Shown here: piece by piece, positions 1-12,253 of the stretch
Numbering within the stretch: position 1 is the first letter of the stretch
How the letters are laid out: every line of letters begins with the position of its first letter
Assembly: GCF_009914755.1 (NCBI RefSeq)
Contig: NC_060929.1
Length of the DNA stretch: 64,000 bases
Strand: one strand, 5' to 3'
DNA from: the human T2T-CHM13v2.0 reference genome, Homo sapiens
The notes under the pieces: generated by a model
Seen by the model: the letters and a program-made list of their open reading frames with translations, nothing else
Database searches by the model: none
Told to the model about the DNA's origin: nothing
Translations under genes and position numbers: made by a program

Positions 1-870
1 GAACAGGACACATGTTGTCCCTGTTCTCTGTTCATACAACTTACATGTTACTAGTGGGAAGAAGCATTGGGCTACTAATTATGCAGTTATTTAGTAGCTG
101 TGATTGGGGAGGCAATATGGGGTCATGAGAGGATTAATCTTACCTGAGGATTTAGGCAAGTCCTTTTTGAGGAAGAAACATTTAACTGGAGACCTGAAGG
201 ATGAGAAGGCATCAGCCAGAGGAAGGAGGAGAAACAAACAGCTTAGGCAGAGGTAGGGATTGAAAGGCCACTGGAGTGTAAGAGGAGTGAGAGAAGATGA
301 GGCTGGTGGGACCAGTTGATTCTGGTCCTTATTAGGCTTTTGTGTTTAATCCTGAGAGCAAAGAGAAGCCATTGGTGTATATGCTGGGGCTGGCGGCAGA
401 TGTGTTTATTGAGTGAGGAGAGACAAAAATGGAAGTAGGGCTTTGAGTTAGGGTTGTGATGGTGGACATAGACAGGAGTAGATGGAGTAGAGTGGTGCCT
501 AGGGGGTGATGAGTTACATATTGAAGGATGAGGAAGAGTTTAGGGTCAAGAATGACCACCATGCATTTTTTACTTTGGGCAGCCATACGCTGGTGCAGTC
601 TATTCAGATGAAGACTGAAGGAGGATCTAATTTAGACAGATGAGTTTTAGGCTTGTTGAGTTCGAAGTTTCCCATGAGATACCCAAATGGAGGTGTTGAG
701 TGGGCTCAGGGATAGTGTGGAGAGAGTCATCTGAAAAGCAACTGAAGCCATGAGAGCGAATGAGATAGTTTAGGGGGAAGGTGCAAAGTGAGAAAAGACC
801 CAGAATAGCTGTCCTCCAACTCTGGGCATACCTGTTGGGAAGTACAGACCTCTTTACTGTTTCCTGATAG
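1..870. mobile_element. Degenerate L2 LINE fragment
   Basis: Purine-rich, diverged sequence with L2-like phrases (gagacctgaaggatgagaagg, gagttttaggcttgttgagttcgaag). Boundaries approximate. Confidence 0.6.
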
Positions 871-949
871 CACATGGCTGAAAAAGGACAGGTCACTGAC
901 AAAAAGTAGTTTGTACCACTGCATGCACTTCTGAAATGGCCATCCTGGT

Positions 950-1190
950 TAATAATGATAGCTCACATTCAGGGCATTTACTACATAGCAAACATGAGCT
1001 GAACACTTTACTGATAATGTTTCACTCCATATTGAAAATCCTTTGAAGAAGGTATTGTCATCTCTATTCTACAGATGATGAAACGGGCTATCAGAAATAC
1101 AGAAATAACGATGAAGGCATGGAGTGGATGATCAAGCTCAGGTCATTGGCTCCAGAACTCAGACTCTTGGTCACCACTATGCTACCTCTC
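950..1190 (-). mobile_element. MIR SINE
   Basis: MIR core-like attctacagatgatgaaac ... ctccagaactcagactctt ... accactatgct. Confidence 0.6.
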
Positions 1191-1463
1191 CTTGACTCCT
1201 AGCATCTGCAGCTACCTCCCCACCGTGATCTCCAGCCTCTCCCCCAACCCCCACCAACAAAAATGCGTTAACCTCAACCCTTCTGGCTGCTCACTGTGGC
1301 TGGTTATAGCAGAGGAACCCAAACACCTGTGACATGGGCCCTATTCCTGTTTTTAGCCTGCCATGCCCTGCTCTCCAAAGGTGGTTTCAAGACATCTTGG
1401 AACTGGTGGGAGGGCAAAGGGCAGGAGGATGTGTATGCACAGGTCTACACCCAGACAGTCATC

Positions 1464-1828
1464 TCTCTTAGTTTGGGCTGCTTCCATAGACTGGGTGGCT
1501 TAAACAGAAATTTATTTTCTCACAGTTCCGTAAGCTAGAAGTCCTCCAAGATTCGAGTTCCGGCTGAGTCGGTTTCTAGTGAGGGCCCTCTTCCTAGTTT
1601 GCAGATAACCATCTTCTCACCGTGTCCTCACATGGCCTTTTCTCCGTGCCTGCGCCTGGCCAGAGTTGAGAGCAATCTGTGGTCCCACAAGGACACTAAT
1701 CCTATCAGAACAGGGCTCCACCCTTATGATTTCATATAACTTTACTTTCTTACTCTAAATACAGCCACTCTGGGGGTTAGGGCTTCAACATATGAATTTT
1801 GGGAAGACATATGCATTCAATTTTAACA
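1464..1828 (-). mobile_element. MaLR LTR (MLT1A/B-like)
   Basis: gactgggtggcttaaacagaaatttattttctcacagttc ... gggggttagggcttcaacatatgaattttggga matches the reverse complement of an MLT1 LTR. Confidence 0.75.
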
Positions 1829-2499
1829 CCACCTAAATATCCAATCACCATGTTGTAGTCCACTTATTCTAAATATTGTAGAGGACAGATCTGAATTCAG
1901 CCACATCCCTGCTTCCCAGAAGAGAGTCTGGGGCTGGGTTCAACATGAGGAAGAACCCATTACCCCTCAGTCTAATACTATCCTAGAAAAGAGAACCAAG
2001 TTACTCGGGTTCACAGTGCTGGCAGATAATACCTTTACTGACCCTGTGTGCTTTCTAGATTCCAGGTCTATGCAGGCTCAATTACCCAGAAACTTATTCC
2101 CAAAGTGTCTATTCATTTGAAGTGGCCAAGCCTTTGGCTTAAGTGGCTGAGGCCACTGCAACCCTGTAGAGACATCAGAGAGAGCCCAAAAGCCTCCTGG
2201 ATTACTCTGGCTTGAGCTGATTCTGGCCCAGGAACTACAGGTGAATCCTAAGCCAGTCATCTACTCATGTTCTCCCATGAAGGAACCAGTCCTTGCATTT
2301 GTTTGTGGTCACAGGAGACAGTGGGCCGTAGTGAGAGCACATCCTGTTGGTGGGGTCTCCTCGCAGCAGCAGTGCTGCTTCACGCCTATAGCTCAGTTCT
2401 ACAAATAGCTATAGTTTGGACGCTCATTTTCTGCAAGCATTATTGCTAGCATGTTGTTATTGGTTATAATAACTTTGGTTATACTCTATTATTCAAACT

Positions 2500-2660
2500 T
2501 GTAGAGCTAGTTGATATAATGCCCATTTTGCAGATGAGGAAATAGGCTCAGATAGGTTATTTGCACAAGGCCATACAGCTAGTGAGAGGTGGAGCTGGGA
2601 TTTAAAGCCAGGCATTTGAACTCCAGAGCTTGTACGTTTGACCACTCTGCATACTACCTT
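2500..2660 (-). mobile_element. MIR SINE
   Basis: cccattttgcagatgaggaaataggctcaga ... aaggccatacagctagtgag: MIR core. Confidence 0.7.
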
Positions 2661-2727
2661 CAGATCTGGCCATCAGGACATGTGGTGGAGAGATACTCTG
2701 CCTCTACATTAGTCTCCTACCTGTCAC

Positions 2728-2800
2728 AAGCCCTCAGACCAAGGCTGAAGGGTCCCCCTACCCCCTCAGAAGCCCTCAGACCAAGGCTGAAGGGTCCCCC
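2728..2800. repeat. Perfect 31-bp direct repeat, 2 copies, 11-nt spacer
   Basis: AAGCCCTCAGACCAAGGCTGAAGGGTCCCCC at 2728-2758 and 2770-2800. Confidence 0.95.
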
Positions 2801-3125
2801 ATTTCAGCAGCATGTGATTTTGTATGCTAGCCAGGGGCCCTCATATTTCTCACATTTATTTCCGTCTAGTCCAAGGTTCATGCAGATTAGCTTGGGTTAC
2901 CTTTATTATAGGCTGCAGAGGTTTGGCTACCTTTCTGAAGACTAAACTGAAATGCTGTGTGAGGTGATCATAGAATTGGCATCGTTAGGACCTGGTGGGT
3001 ATTAGTTCTGGAAGGCGTGAAGAATCAAGCCCAGGGAGGCTTTTCTGGTTTCTATGCTTCGTCTCCAGTGCTTCCTGGGATAGAAGCCAGGAGGGAATCT
3101 TGGATACTGACTGAGGAGAAGTGGT

Positions 3126-3148
3126 GGGCTGGGCTGGGCTGGGCTGGG
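3126..3148 (+). repeat. (GGGCT)4GGG pentamer repeat, G-quadruplex-compatible
   Basis: Five GGG tracts separated by CT. Confidence 0.85.
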
Positions 3149-4017
3149 CCTCAGGAGCCCTGGCCAGTCTCTCTTCCTCAACCTCAGTCTGGTCTCAGGA
3201 ACCAGTTTCAGTGTCAGAACTCATAGAATTGTTGCAGAATTTTGTGCCTGTATGCATTTGGCCAGGGCCAAGAGTCCTTAGTTTTCTAAAGATTGCCAAA
3301 AGCCCAAGTGACCCTAGCATGTGTTAGAATGACTGGATTAGACAGTCTGTCAAATTCTTTTTCAGTCAAACCTTCTCTAAGCTCTAGTGCTCCATTGAGC
3401 CAGGTGACTCCTGAAACTATTTTAAAGCCCCGTAAAAAGACTCCCTAGAATTGGGTTAACTTTGGTTAAGGTTATTACAAGCCTTCCTAGTCCCTCTCAA
3501 GTTCTTTGAAGTTGATTTCCCCTTAACTGGGTTTATGCATCCATTTCCCTCCTGCCAGGTTCTCCAGGGCAGGCCCCCATCTCCTTTGGGAGGAAGTGCT
3601 GGGCAGCTGCCCCACCACCTGATCTTCAGGCTCTTCCTTCACCAGACGGTTCTGGTCCAGATAGGGCTCTTCAGGGGCTTCAGGCCCAGGAAAGCTCAGA
3701 GCAAAAGGGAAGATGCCAGGTGGAAGGAACTGCCCTGCAGAAAGGGTCCCCAGGAGCCCTGTTAATGGGAATTTATTCAGCAGGTCAGGCAGCAATTTTC
3801 CCTGGAGACCATCCTGAAAAAAAAACTTCCCCAAGGAAGTAATTGACCGACCCTGGGAAAAAGCCGAAGAGGAGGTAGTATCATCAAAATGTCCTGGGCG
3901 GGGAGGTGTCTCTCGCTTGGGTCTCCTGCTCGGGATCGATCTACCCTTATCCCCTTTTCCAAAGCGGCGCAAACAATTACCAGCACGTTCTCAGCGCTAG
4001 GTCTAATTGGGTGAGTT

Positions 4018-4023
4018 TTTATT
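4018..4023 (-). terminator. Probable SMIM32 polyadenylation signal (AATAAA on minus strand)
   Basis: tttatt on plus, about 720 nt past the SMIM32 stop, followed on minus by a GT-rich element (gtgctggtaattgtttg). Confidence 0.7.
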
Positions 4024-4742
4024 GTAGAAATGCGCCCCTGAAGATGTGAGACGCGTAGGTGGGCCCCTGCGCCTTTCCACCGGCCTCCCACTGCCCGTGC
4101 TCACAGAAGAAACTGGGTCCTTAGACCCAGGCGGGACCCACTGAAACCCCGCGTTCAGTCATTTCCCAGGGGGATGCGGCCCCCCAGTGCCAACCTTCCA
4201 AAGTTCAGGTGAGTTCACGACGCTCGGATCCTAGTGGGGTCCTCCTCGGTGTCAAGGAGCAAGAGAGGCCGTAGCAGCTGTGGGAAACAGCCACAGGGCC
4301 TGCGAGTCCAGACGGGTAGCTCCAGGCTAGTTGCACGCTTGCGGTTCCTGCCCCTTCCGTGTGCAAAGTAAGGAAGTCAGCAGGCGGCGAGCAAGCAAGA
4401 CGGGCTGGCGCGCCGTCTTTCAGGAAGGTTTCCCGACCCGACCGCCGTCTTTCGGGAAGGTTTCCCGACTGGACCCTCTGTCCAGAGGAAGAAAGATTTG
4501 GCCAGGGGATCAGAATCACGGTACCTACAGGTACTGGGATCGAGACCCTACACAGGCTCCCGACGCCTCGGTCTCCCTTTCCTCTCGGGTTGCCACTCTA
4601 GTTCAGGAAGGGTCTTTGGGTCAGGGCACCGTGTTCCCAGGGGCCAGCGATCCCCGGTGTCGTGCCCTCCCTACCAGGCTCAAGCTGGCTGCTCTTGGCT
4701 AGGTCGGGACGGGGCGCCCGGCGGCCGTGGCTCAGTCCCAAG

Positions 4743-5222
<480 letters not shown>

Positions 5223-5715
5223 TCACTCGCCTCCGCGCTCAGCTGCTTTCCCCGCCGGCTGGCGGACCCCAGTTCTCGGAGCTGGACAGTTCTGTGCCCG
5301 CGCCCCTCGGGCTCACTGTTTCTCTCCGTCGCCACCAGGACAGAGGTCCCAGTCACTGACTCGCCTTTCGGCTTTACAACAGCCCGCTCAGCTCGGACCC
5401 TCAGCTCCAGTGAGCTCCAGGTGCTGGGCGCCTCTGGGCTGCGGCGGCGGGGAGAGGCACTCAGCAAGTGCAGCCGCAGCCCGGGGTCTCTGCTGAGCGC
5501 CCGGTGGCAGAGCGCACGGAGGGCGGGTGGCCAGGGAGTCCTCCGCGTCCTCCGGCGCCGCCGCCACCGCAGCGTCTCGGAACAGTCCTGCAGGCTCTGG
5601 TCCCTGTCGAGACGCCCAGTGTTCAGCGAGCTTGTCCCCACTCCCTCCGGCTGCTGCGCTCCTGTTTTGAGCAGGAGACTGAGCTTTCTGGCGGCTCTGA
5701 GCGCGCTCGTGTCCC

Positions 5716-5780
5716 GGGCGGGGGTTCGGGGGAGGGGCGGGACTGGCGGCGGCTGCCCGGGGGAGCGGCTGCGAACCAAT
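5716..5780. promoter_or_regulatory. Probable TATA-less SMIM32 promoter: G-rich tract, GC box (5734-5741), CCAAT (5776-5780)
   Basis: GGGCGGGGGTTCGGGGGAGGGGCGGG and AACCAATG at the upstream edge of the CpG island. Confidence 0.55.
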
Positions 5781-5835
5781 GAGGGCAAGAGAGGACGCGG
5801 CTGCGACTGCCCCCAGCCCGGCCTCACATCACTCA

Positions 5836-5885
5836 GGGACAGAGGGACAGAGACAGGGACAGAGAGAGAGAGAGAAAGAGAGAAA
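5836..5885. repeat. GA-rich simple repeat
   Basis: gggacagagggacagagacagggacagagagagagagagaaagagaga. Confidence 0.85.
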
Positions 5886-8800
5886 AGCACAGGGTCACAG
5901 GAAGACTGACGGGCAAAGACACAGTTACAGACCTATGAACAGAGCCACACGCCAAACAGGGACAAACCGTTGAGGTAAGCAAACCAACTCAGAGACAAAG
6001 CTCAGCTGAGCGTGCACACCTGCGTTCATTATCCTCCTTGACAGGCTCCCTCCAGGCATGGCCTGGTTTGTTCCGAGTGCCCACTGGCTGCTGGGTAGCG
6101 CAGGCCGGGCACACCACCTCCAAGGGTGTGCAGACGCGCTCCCAGACAAGCATGTTCAAGCCAGGACTGATTCTGTGGGCCCCGTGTCCTCTCCGGCTGC
6201 GTCCTGCCGGTCTGTGTGCATCCCGCACCGTGTGCAAGAATGTTCAGCTCCCTTTTGCCTATTCTGCCTGGGCACAGAGGGGCAAAAGGAGGACATGGCG
6301 CTGGCAGTTGCCCCCCTGCCCTTGGCAGGTCTGGAAAGGCGAGGTGGCCAGGACAGAGGTGTGCAATCAGTTGGATTGAGTGGGGAGGTGTCTCCTTTCC
6401 CAGGAGTCTGAACTGCTCACTTCCTCTGCAAAGTCTTCCAGGACCCCCAGACTAGAGTGGGAACAACCACCCTGGACCACCACAGCCCCTGCACTTCTCA
6501 ACAAGCACCCACCCCTCACCTCTGGCCTGTCATTTTCTTTCAGGGCCAGAATTAGGGGGAGGTGGGTGAGAAGTCTAGAGCACAATACTGAATGAGACAC
6601 TCGCTCTCAGAGTCTGCAAGTGCAGGGTTGGGAGTAGGTGTCTCCTTCAGTTTTGCCCCTAGATGCCTCACCCCTCACCCTAGTCCCAGCCCTGTTGTCT
6701 GCTCATTTGTCAGAGACCCTCAAAGGGTCAACCAAGTTCACATCCATGTCTTTCTCCTCTTTTCCTCATCTCCCATTCAGGGGTGCAATACATGGGGAGA
6801 GCTTGGTGACATTGGCTGAGAGAGCCAGTAGAAAGATGAGTTAGTTATTCTCTCTTCCCACTGCACCTCATGCCTGGCCACCAGCATAACAAGAACAATC
6901 AGGGTGTGCAAGGCAGACCTTGGCCAGAGCTCATACCCACAAATCCCTGCTCAGCCCGGCAGAATCACCTCCGTGAGCTCTTTGTCGAAGTTGAAACTGT
7001 GGTTCCAAGTCCTGACTCTACAGTGTTTGCCAAATGAGGTACAAAAATGCCCTCTTGGGTGTTTTTCACTTAGTCCCATAGATGGACCTGTGGGGGTTTT
7101 AGCAGGGCTTGACAGTATTCAGCACTGCCCCATCTACCAATCACCATCCCAGACAGAGCCCCCCTTGGTCCTAGAGGGCTGCCTGGTCTGCTTCCAGGGT
7201 GCAGGATGCTGAGCCCCTCCACATGGCTGCCATCAATGCCTCATTTTCCAGATGGCAGAGTTGGCTCTGAGAGGGGCCAGGGCTTATCCGTGTTAGCACA
7301 GGACAGCCACCATGTATCAGTGATATAGCAGCAGCAGTGGCAGTGGGCCACTCAGGAGATGGGGGGAGTCCCTTTCTCTGAAGACCTGACCTGTTTCAGA
7401 CAGCATTTTTCTCGGCCAGCAGCACGCTAGAGAACATTATGTGAAGCCAGAACAGGCCTCCTCACCAGGACTTTCAGCCAGGGGGAGACTCAGCTCATGA
7501 GTTGGATGGAGGGGGTTGGGATGGAGGTGACGCTCCTGCTGTCAGTAACTTCCTGGGTCCTGGGAAGGCATGAATGCGGGACTTGGGTAGCTCAGTTTGG
7601 GATTTGGCCTGGAATTTCCTCCTGGGATCTATATGGGAAGTGGCATGGCCTACCTCCCCCACTTTCTCTCAGGTCCACCATAACCCCAGGTATGAACCCA
7701 GGAGGGGGGCTTACTGACACAAGGCAGCTCATTTGGGAGGCTGTAAGTGGAATCTGGGGCAGGCCTCAGCCTTTTGGGCTATAAAATGAGGGGCAATGGT
7801 AAATAAGTGTTTTCTGGTCCTCCTCTGGAAACAGGCTGTGATTATCCAGGAAATGGTGTGGAGCAGGGTGTCTGCAAAGGGTTTGGTGTGGATGGAAGGT
7901 CTCTGCAGCTTCGCTGGTCATAGTGGCAGGACGGGGATGGTGGTGAAACAGGGATGGTAGTGGTGGTGGGCAGGGAAATCTTTGAACCTGATGTCCCCAA
8001 CACTGCTCATTCCTTCCCCACAGCTGCTGCTGTTCCCATGCGGCATTTTATAGAAATGACACATGCAAGGTCTCCCACCTGTGAATGAAGAAGCTGGAGC
8101 TCGGATGTGGGAAGTGGGGCTCCAGAGTCCATGCACTTAGCCACTATAATGAACCTTCTGCCATGGCAGAATGATTCTAGTAGCTACCATTCCTGGCCCT
8201 CTTACCACAAGCTGAGCACTAGGCGGGGGCTTAGCATTCATCTTTCTCCGCACAGCAACCTGTGATAGGCACATCTATCCCCTCATTTTCTAAAGGAGAA
8301 AGCCAGAACCCCAGGAAGTGGTGTCACTTGCCAAGATCACATAGCTGGTTATGGTGTAGGGGACCCTCCAGCTGTGGTCTGTGCTTGTCCACTCAGTCTG
8401 AAGCTGCCTTTTCTAAAGAGAAACTCAACAGAGAGCATGTGGTCAAACTGCCTTCCCTTTTAGTACAGTTGGAGGAGGTGTCTTGCTTTTTGGGGGGCCC
8501 TGAAGTAGGGAGGGTACTGTTTCTTTTCTGAAAGATGTTCAGGGCCCTGAGAGGGCAGTCACGTTCCCTGCACATCCCCGGGCAGGAAATTAAACAAGGC
8601 TGGTACTGAGTAAATGCAGAGATGAAGTTTACACAGCTCTTTATACAAGCCAGAGCGACCTTCCATTAAGGGAGCTTTGTGTACCCATACATTTAAGTCT
8701 TTGGAAAAGATTATAAAAAGGGGCTTAGAGGTTGGCTTTGACAGGCAGAGGTCACAGGGGGGGACCTCAGGGCAACCTCTTTCCCATTACGTAGTTGTTG

Positions 8801-9323
8801 AGTGACACATGTTTCTTCCCTCCTGACCTGTCTGCGGAGAAACCAAGGGAGGCGAGGCAAGGGTGCCTTTCCTGCCAGCGAGAGCCATTTGGCAGCTGTT
8901 TAATGGAAACTTAGGAGACTGGGAGCATTAGAGCCCCAGGATTTCATAAACTGTGCTGCGCAGGCCTGTGGTGCCTGGTGGAGCTATTTCTGTTTCTTCC
9001 ACACGCCAAGGGAATTATTATTAAACTACTCAGCGTCACGCAGAAGCTGGGGGTGAAGATCAAAGGTGAAAAATTGCTGTCTGAAGATTGGAGTTCAGAC
9101 AATTGAAGATTGGCTGGTGTGGGTTTTCCCTGTGTGGGTGTTAGTCTGCTGGAGAATGGGATGGCCACTTCCTCTGTGAATGCTGATGATGCCCTTGCTT
9201 GCAAAACTGTTTTGTTTGTTTTTTAAATCATTGCCCCTGTTAGTGGCTTTCTGTTTGCTCGTTTTAGATGACTTTGGCAACCATAGTGGTTGGTGACTTT
9301 AAGGTTACATTTTAGAATGACCA

Positions 9324-9622
9324 TTTTTTGTTTTTTGGAGATGGAGTCCCGCTCTGTCGCCCAGGCTAGAGTGCAGTGGCACGATCTCGGCTCACTGCAA
9401 CCTTCGCCTCCCGGGTTCAAAGCAATTCTCCTGCCTCAGCCTCCCAAGTAGCCGGGATTACAGGCACCAGCCACCATACCCAGCTAATTTTTTTGTATTT
9501 TTAGTAGAGATGGGGTTTCACCATATTTGTCAGGCTGGTCTTGAACTCCTGACCTCAGGTGATTCGCCTGCCTCCGCCTCTATAAGTGCTAGGATTACAG
9601 GTGTGAGCCACCATGCCCAGCC
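9324..9622 (-). mobile_element. Alu (AluS-like), full length
   Basis: T-tail, gagatggagtcccgctctgtcgcccagg ... gagccaccatgcccagcc; degenerate TSD tagaatgaccatttt / tacaataaccatttt. Confidence 0.95.
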
Positions 9623-10854
9623 TACAATAACCATTTTAAGAAGTAAATAGCAAGTAGCCCAAGCCCAGACTCTGGAATGAAGCAGCTTTCCTAATGAGAA
9701 TAACCTGTAGGAGGCTTGGAGAATGGTCTTGCCAGGGCTTTCAAAATGGCTGCAGTTTGGTTAGTGGAGTGGGGTAACTGGAGAGACGATGGGGTGTGAG
9801 GGAGAAATGATTCTGCAAGGAGAGAGCTCTGAAAGGGCTTTGTCTCCTATCCCAGAAAGGGTGTCTCCAGTTCTGTCCCGTGGTCCTGTCAGCTTGCTGG
9901 TCTCTGGTCAGATCAGATGATGGGATGGAGTCAGTTTCAAGATTCACCAGGCTGGTGAATGTTGTGCCATTTATTTTTGAATCAGGTCTCACCACTCATT
10001 GGTTAGCACCTCAACATTTTTTTCTATGGTCCCAATGACATGTGACCTCATCTGCCTCTCCAGGTCCCTTTAGTGGTATAACCTCAAGCCAAGCAGGTTA
10101 TGGCGACCCAAGGCTTGCAGGATCCTGGGATTGATAGACTGATAGTCACCCCCTGGACCCAATCATCTTGCTTTCTCTGGGAAAGGCAGAGGTTTGCATG
10201 GTGGTGAAACCACATTCCTCCTGCTGCCTGGGCTCAACTAGGTGTGTTGGATGGGGTCACGGTGGGGTCACTGCATGCTAAGGGATGAGCCATCACTCTG
10301 GCCAAGTACTGGCAAGGAGGCTAAAGCTGGGATAGAGCCAGTATATGGCCAAAGACTGGGAACAGGACTGTTGTTTGGGATCAGTTGCCAGGCTCAGGGG
10401 CCCCTGGTGGTCTGGCTAACATCCTCACGTCCCTGTCCCTAGGCTTCCAGGATAGGGTGCCTGGCCTTTGTGGTTATACTTATGGAGAGACTGGGAGCCA
10501 GAAAGAGTGCCTTAGTCCCAGAAATGGAGACAGGTAGCAAGGCAGGGAGCAGGTGTGTTTAGTCACTTCAGAGGCCCCGACTCATCTGTGGCACTGATGC
10601 AGGACTGCTTCATGAAAAGGTCTGGGACTTGGTAGTGAGGCCAGGGCAAAAGAACTCCATCAGAAAAAGTTTGATTTTGTCTAGGATTGCATTTTCTAAA
10701 ATTTGGCAAGAATACTTCAAGTGGGATGCCATATTACTTTAAGTAGTGCATGGGCACAGCATTAAACATCATGAATCACACAACGACAAAGTTTCTGTCT
10801 TTTAATCTTATTTAATTATTCTGATTATGGCAAGAAGAAAAATTCAGTCTGGCT

Positions 10855-11240
10855 CAGTGTCATCTCAGGTCCTCCAAGAAGCACATGCAGAAGATGTATT
10901 AGGGGAAATAGCTGTGATGGGTAAAAAAGGGGCACGAAGAAGAGGCAGCAGGGAGAGCTTCAGGTCACAGTACTGCTCTGACCCCTGAGAGGAGAGAGGG
11001 AAGAAAGGATTCGGTAAGAAGAGCCTCAAGCTGAAAGTGTCTCAGTCAGGCCGTAAGGAATTCCTAAGCAAACCTCACCTGTTAGGAGCCCCCTGCCAGG
11101 TGGGACATATGAAGCTGGTGGCACTGTTGCCCTTGCTAGCCAAGCATGGAGTCGTCTTTCCTCTGCTGAGGTTGGGGCTGGTGAGCCTTTGCAAAAGGCT
11201 GTCAGATCCTAGAGGAAGGGGCGGGTGCCAGGGTTGAAGT
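10855..11240. mobile_element. Old ERVL-type LTR fragment (LTR16-like)
   Basis: Diverged resemblance only (tctcaggtcctccaagaagca ... tgtattaggggaaa). Family uncertain. Confidence 0.4.
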
Positions 11241-12069
11241 CCCAGCAAGACTCAGCCCTCCGAGGAAGCCCCCTCTCCCAGCCTTTGGTCCCAACTAACC
11301 CTGCCTTTTTGCCCTCTCTTTAGTGGAAGAGACCCAGGCAGTCCTCACCTGATTACTGTTGGTCTTAACTGTGTGCTTCATATTCAGTCTTCCCAGGGTA
11401 AGAGTGAATGAGTGAACCTCATTCTTGGGGTTAGGCCTCTGAGTCTGGGCTGAAGTGGGAGCCCAGGGTGTCAAGCAGACCCCCCCCTTGTGGCTAGAGC
11501 TTCATGTCTGTGGTCAGCAATGTCAGGCCCACGTGTGTCCTGGGCTGTCGTCTCTGCTGGGCCTTCTCCCTCTCCTTGCCATCAATATTTCCACAGGGCT
11601 GGCTACTGCCCAGGCTCAGAGCCCCATTGCTGGACACTGAGACTATAGCAGCCTCTTGCCTTTCACTCACCTCGTGGTCCATCCTTAAGGGTGGTTCTAG
11701 GTTTTTTGGAATCTGGAACTTTTACATCTTGGGGGATCTCTCTGAGAAAGAGCAAATAATTAGGTTTTAAAGTGAATATTTATTTAGAATGAAAAATGGA
11801 ATCAAAATGAATTGAAAAGTTTAAAAATCTGACAAAGATTCAAAATATGAAACAAAACAAAACAAAACTATCCAGATTGGCTTTTGGCCACAAAGGAAGG
11901 ACAGGGAAGGGCCATTGGGATCTACCTTCCTAGGGTTCAGGAGCAGGCCGGTTGGGAGGTCAGGGAATGGCCCCGTTGACTTGTAACCCCTACCCATGGC
12001 TGAGGGCAGGACCAGCTAGAAAGACTTGGTCTGAGTCAGCAATAAGCTCTAGGACTGGGAACCTGCCTT

Positions 12070-12253
12070 CTCTCTGCATCCTCAGGAGTCAGCGGTCTGG
12101 GCCAGCCTGCGGCGGGCTGAAGCTGGGAGAGCGGGCAGCAGGAGGTGTAGGCTTTAGCTCTCTGCATTCTTAGGAGTCAGCAGTTTGGGCCAGCCCATGA
12201 AGGACTGGGGCTAGGAGAGCCGGCAACAGGTCATGCAGGCTTGAGCTCTTTGC
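12070..12253. repeat. Diverged tandem repeat, 88-bp unit, about 2.1 copies
   Basis: ctctctgcat...aggagtcagc...tgggccagcc...ggagagc begins at 12070 and 12158; a partial third start (ctctttgc) at 12246. Confidence 0.85.
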
